From positions 1 to 59,100 of the forward strand of contig CAZKJM010000003.1 of assembly GCA_964553245.1 (NCBI GenBank): a stretch of 59,100 nucleotides of DNA, written 5' to 3'. The DNA comes from an uncultured Gammaproteobacteria bacterium. GTDB taxonomy: Bacteria; Patescibacteriota; Microgenomatia; Levybacterales; UBA12049. Shown one piece after another: positions 57,092 through 59,100 of the stretch. Position 1 is the first letter of the stretch; each line of letters starts with the position of its first letter. A program made the translations under genes and the position numbers. The notes under the pieces were generated by a model. The model was not told the origin of the DNA. It was given only the letters and a program-made list of their open reading frames with translations, and did no database searches.

Positions 57092-59100
57092 TTAAAATTG
57101 AGCAAGATAATTTAAAACAATATCTCCAACTTGAACGTAATTATCGTCTTTTGAATACATTTTGATATATATAACTGCTGTATGCCCCGCTGTGTCCCAA
57201 GAAGTTGTAGTTGTTAATTCGCTATCATCAATTGTTAAAGTTGCCCAGGTTTTCTCTGTTGCTGATTTTTGAGCTTGCCTATATACAACTGGCGTTGATG
57301 GATCTGTTTCGCTTGGATTATAAATAATTAAATCGAATTTATTTGTATCTATGGTCGTAAGCTCTGTATTGTAATCTATTTGTAGGGCATCGGAAGTTGT
57401 CCAAGAAGAGAAGTCTTTTGGCAAAGTTATCCTTACTGCAATTGTGTAATCTTGAAGACTTGCGTGCGATGAATTCCATTCGTAATAAGTTCTATAATTT
57501 GCAGATGGAGATGCATCGGATGTCATATTTCCAAATACATTTGCCGAACCGGAAGCTGTTAAAGAAGCCCCTGCATATTCTGGAGACAATACAATCTTTT
57601 TTGTAAGCCTTGCTGTACCTGAATAAGTTACCCCGCTTGATGGATTGAACACAATTTTATTACTACCAGACCCAAGGCTAATTAAACCTGATCCATTCCC
57701 AGCGTTAAGTATTATTTCCCCTGTTGTGTCTCCGCCAATTGTCAAAGTCTGATTATTGGTTGTTTGAATTAATCCATCTGCTCTAATATACAAACCACCA
57801 GTTAATCCAGCTGAGACAGAAGCTGAAGGAGTATCAGATAATACTCCTAATACTGCAAACTTTGCCGATTCCGTACTGTTTCCACCAATTACAAAATCTA
57901 CAGTTTCGTTTCCTGCTCTAAGAAGTCCCTGGTCTAATAATGTCCAGTAATTTACAGAATCGCCTCCAGGACCACCCGAACCAATACAATCTGTCCATCC
58001 ACTATTCTGATAACATCTAAATTTATTATCAAAAGTATTGTAATAAATATCTCCTTCTTTTCCATATGCTGGGTCTCCAGTTGTGGACTTAACTGCCAAA
58101 CCTAAAAGTGCTGGCGTTTCTGTTCCCGTTCCTGCTTGTCCAATCTGAACAAGACCGGAAATTCCGTTGTTTGGCGAAAAAACAATATTTCCAGTTGAAT
58201 CTCCGCCAATAGTTAAGGTTTTATTGGCGGTTCCCTGAATTGTTTGAGTCGTGCTAAAAGTAAGCCCACCGGAAACTGTAGCCGCTCCAGCTACATCCAG
58301 TTTTGCAAGTGGATTGGTTGTTCCGATACCAACGTTACCACCTGATTGTATATTTAATCCAGCAGTATTTCTTCCATCAGCGTCAAAACCTAAATTAAAG
58401 TAACCTCCGGTATTTGTTATGTTAAATCTGTTTTGGTCATATGTGGCGCCAGTGTAAAAAACAATTCCCGGCCCTAATCCACCCGGTGTTTGATATTCAA
58501 TTTTACCAACCTCAGCTACATCGGAGTTTATATACCATTCTTGTTTACCGCTATCTCTTAACCTGCTTCTTAATACAGAATTATTGTAAAAATCAATAAT
58601 GTAATTAGAACTTCCCAGCGTATTAAAACCAGAGGAAACTCTCACTGCCTGAGAGGCAGAAGTCTGATTAACTTCTAATTTATAACCAGGGCTAGTTGTA
58701 CCAATTCCAACATTACCAGCAAATACTCCGTGACCAGGTCCTCCTATTACAGAAGAGTATCCAATAGCAAGGGATCCGGAGGCAGTTGCAAAACCAGATA
58801 TGTTTAAACTACCGTTAATATCTAGTGTATGTCCTGGGTTTGTTGTACCAATGCCAATATTACCGTTGGTTTGTAATGCAAGCAATGCGGTATCATATCC
58901 TGCAGAAAAAATAAGCCTATCAGATGAATCTTTCCATATTCTTGAAGAAGTGCCCGTTCCTCTGTAAAGAGTTAAACCACTGTTTGGATCTGTTCCTGTT
59001 ATAATTTGCAGTTTTCCAATAGTAGGATCAGTTGTCCCAATTCCTACATTACCATTGCCTTTTACTATGAATGCAAGATCTGCAGTTGTTTTGTAACCTG
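57092..59100 (-). CDS. Giant repetitive surface/fibre-like protein, 5' end beyond the window
   Basis: Frame stays open from 58885 to the window edge (hand-checked); repeated GN(V/I)GIGTT.P and TLTIGGD(S/T)TG motifs. Confidence 0.9.
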   Translation of the reverse strand, partial: GYKTTADLAFIVKGNGNVGIGTTDPTIGKLQIITGTDPNSGLTLYRGTGTSSRIWKDSSDRLIFSAGYDTALLALQTNGNIGIGTTNPGHTLDINGSLNISGFATASGSLAIGYSSVIGGPGHGVFAGNVGIGTTSPGYKLEVNQTSASQAVRVSSGFNTLGSSNYIIDFYNNSVLRSRLRDSGKQEWYINSDVAEVGKIEYQTPGGLGPGIVFYTGATYDQNRFNITNTGGYFNLGFDADGRNTAGLNIQSGGNVGIGTTNPLAKLDVAGAATVSGGLTFSTTQTIQGTANKTLTIGGDSTGNIVFSPNNGISGLVQIGQAGTGTETPALLGLAVKSTTGDPAYGKEGDIYYNTFDNKFRCYQNSGWTDCIGSGGPGGDSVNYWTLLDQGLLRAGNETVDFVIGGNSTESAKFAVLGVLSDTPSASVSAGLTGGLYIRADGLIQTTNNQTLTIGGDTTGEIILNAGNGSGLISLGSGSNKIVFNPSSGVTYSGTARLTKKIVLSPEYAGASLTASGSANVFGNMTSDASPSANYRTYYEWNSSHASLQDYTIAVRITLPKDFSSWTTSDALQIDYNTELTTIDTNKFDLIIYNPSETDPSTPVVYRQAQKSATEKTWATLTIDDSELTTTTSWDTAGHTAVIYIKMYSKDDNYVQVGDIVLNYLAQF

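Overview
Low-GC (about 30%) genome segment of a Patescibacteria/CPR bacterium, most likely Microgenomates (Levybacteria-like). This rests on a divergent stand-alone 16S rRNA (530-loop GTGCCAGAAGTCTCGGTAA, shortened helices), standard genetic code 11 and the gene content. Core genes: a thymidylate/folate cluster (dcd, tmk, dcd/dut-like, thyA, folA, glyA), topA-dprA, mreBCD-mrdA, def-fmt, rpmB, six tRNAs, the rpmG-secE-nusG-rplK-rplA-rplJ-rplL cluster, and a block of large surface proteins at the right end. Three unusual layers stand out. (1) Single-gene or empty inserts flanked by duplicated 3' ends of host genes: a 34-bp exact repeat plus a displaced alternative mrdA C-terminus around an HD-domain gene, a 12-bp tRNA-Trp 3' repeat around another gene, and a synonymous-diverged copy of the rplL 3' end. 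No integrase is present in the window. (2) A four-helix-bundle (Avd/IVS-protein-like) gene whose ends sit in inverted heptamer arrays, with ORF-less heptamer hairpins or arrays in 16S helix 6, the L10 leader, the nusG-rplK spacer, rpmG-tRNA-Trp, and inside thyA and dprA. (3) A probable unannotated 6S-like RNA, and many self-contained accessory genes with their own sigma70 promoter and almost no leader. All calls are from manual reading of the sequence; no database searches were run.
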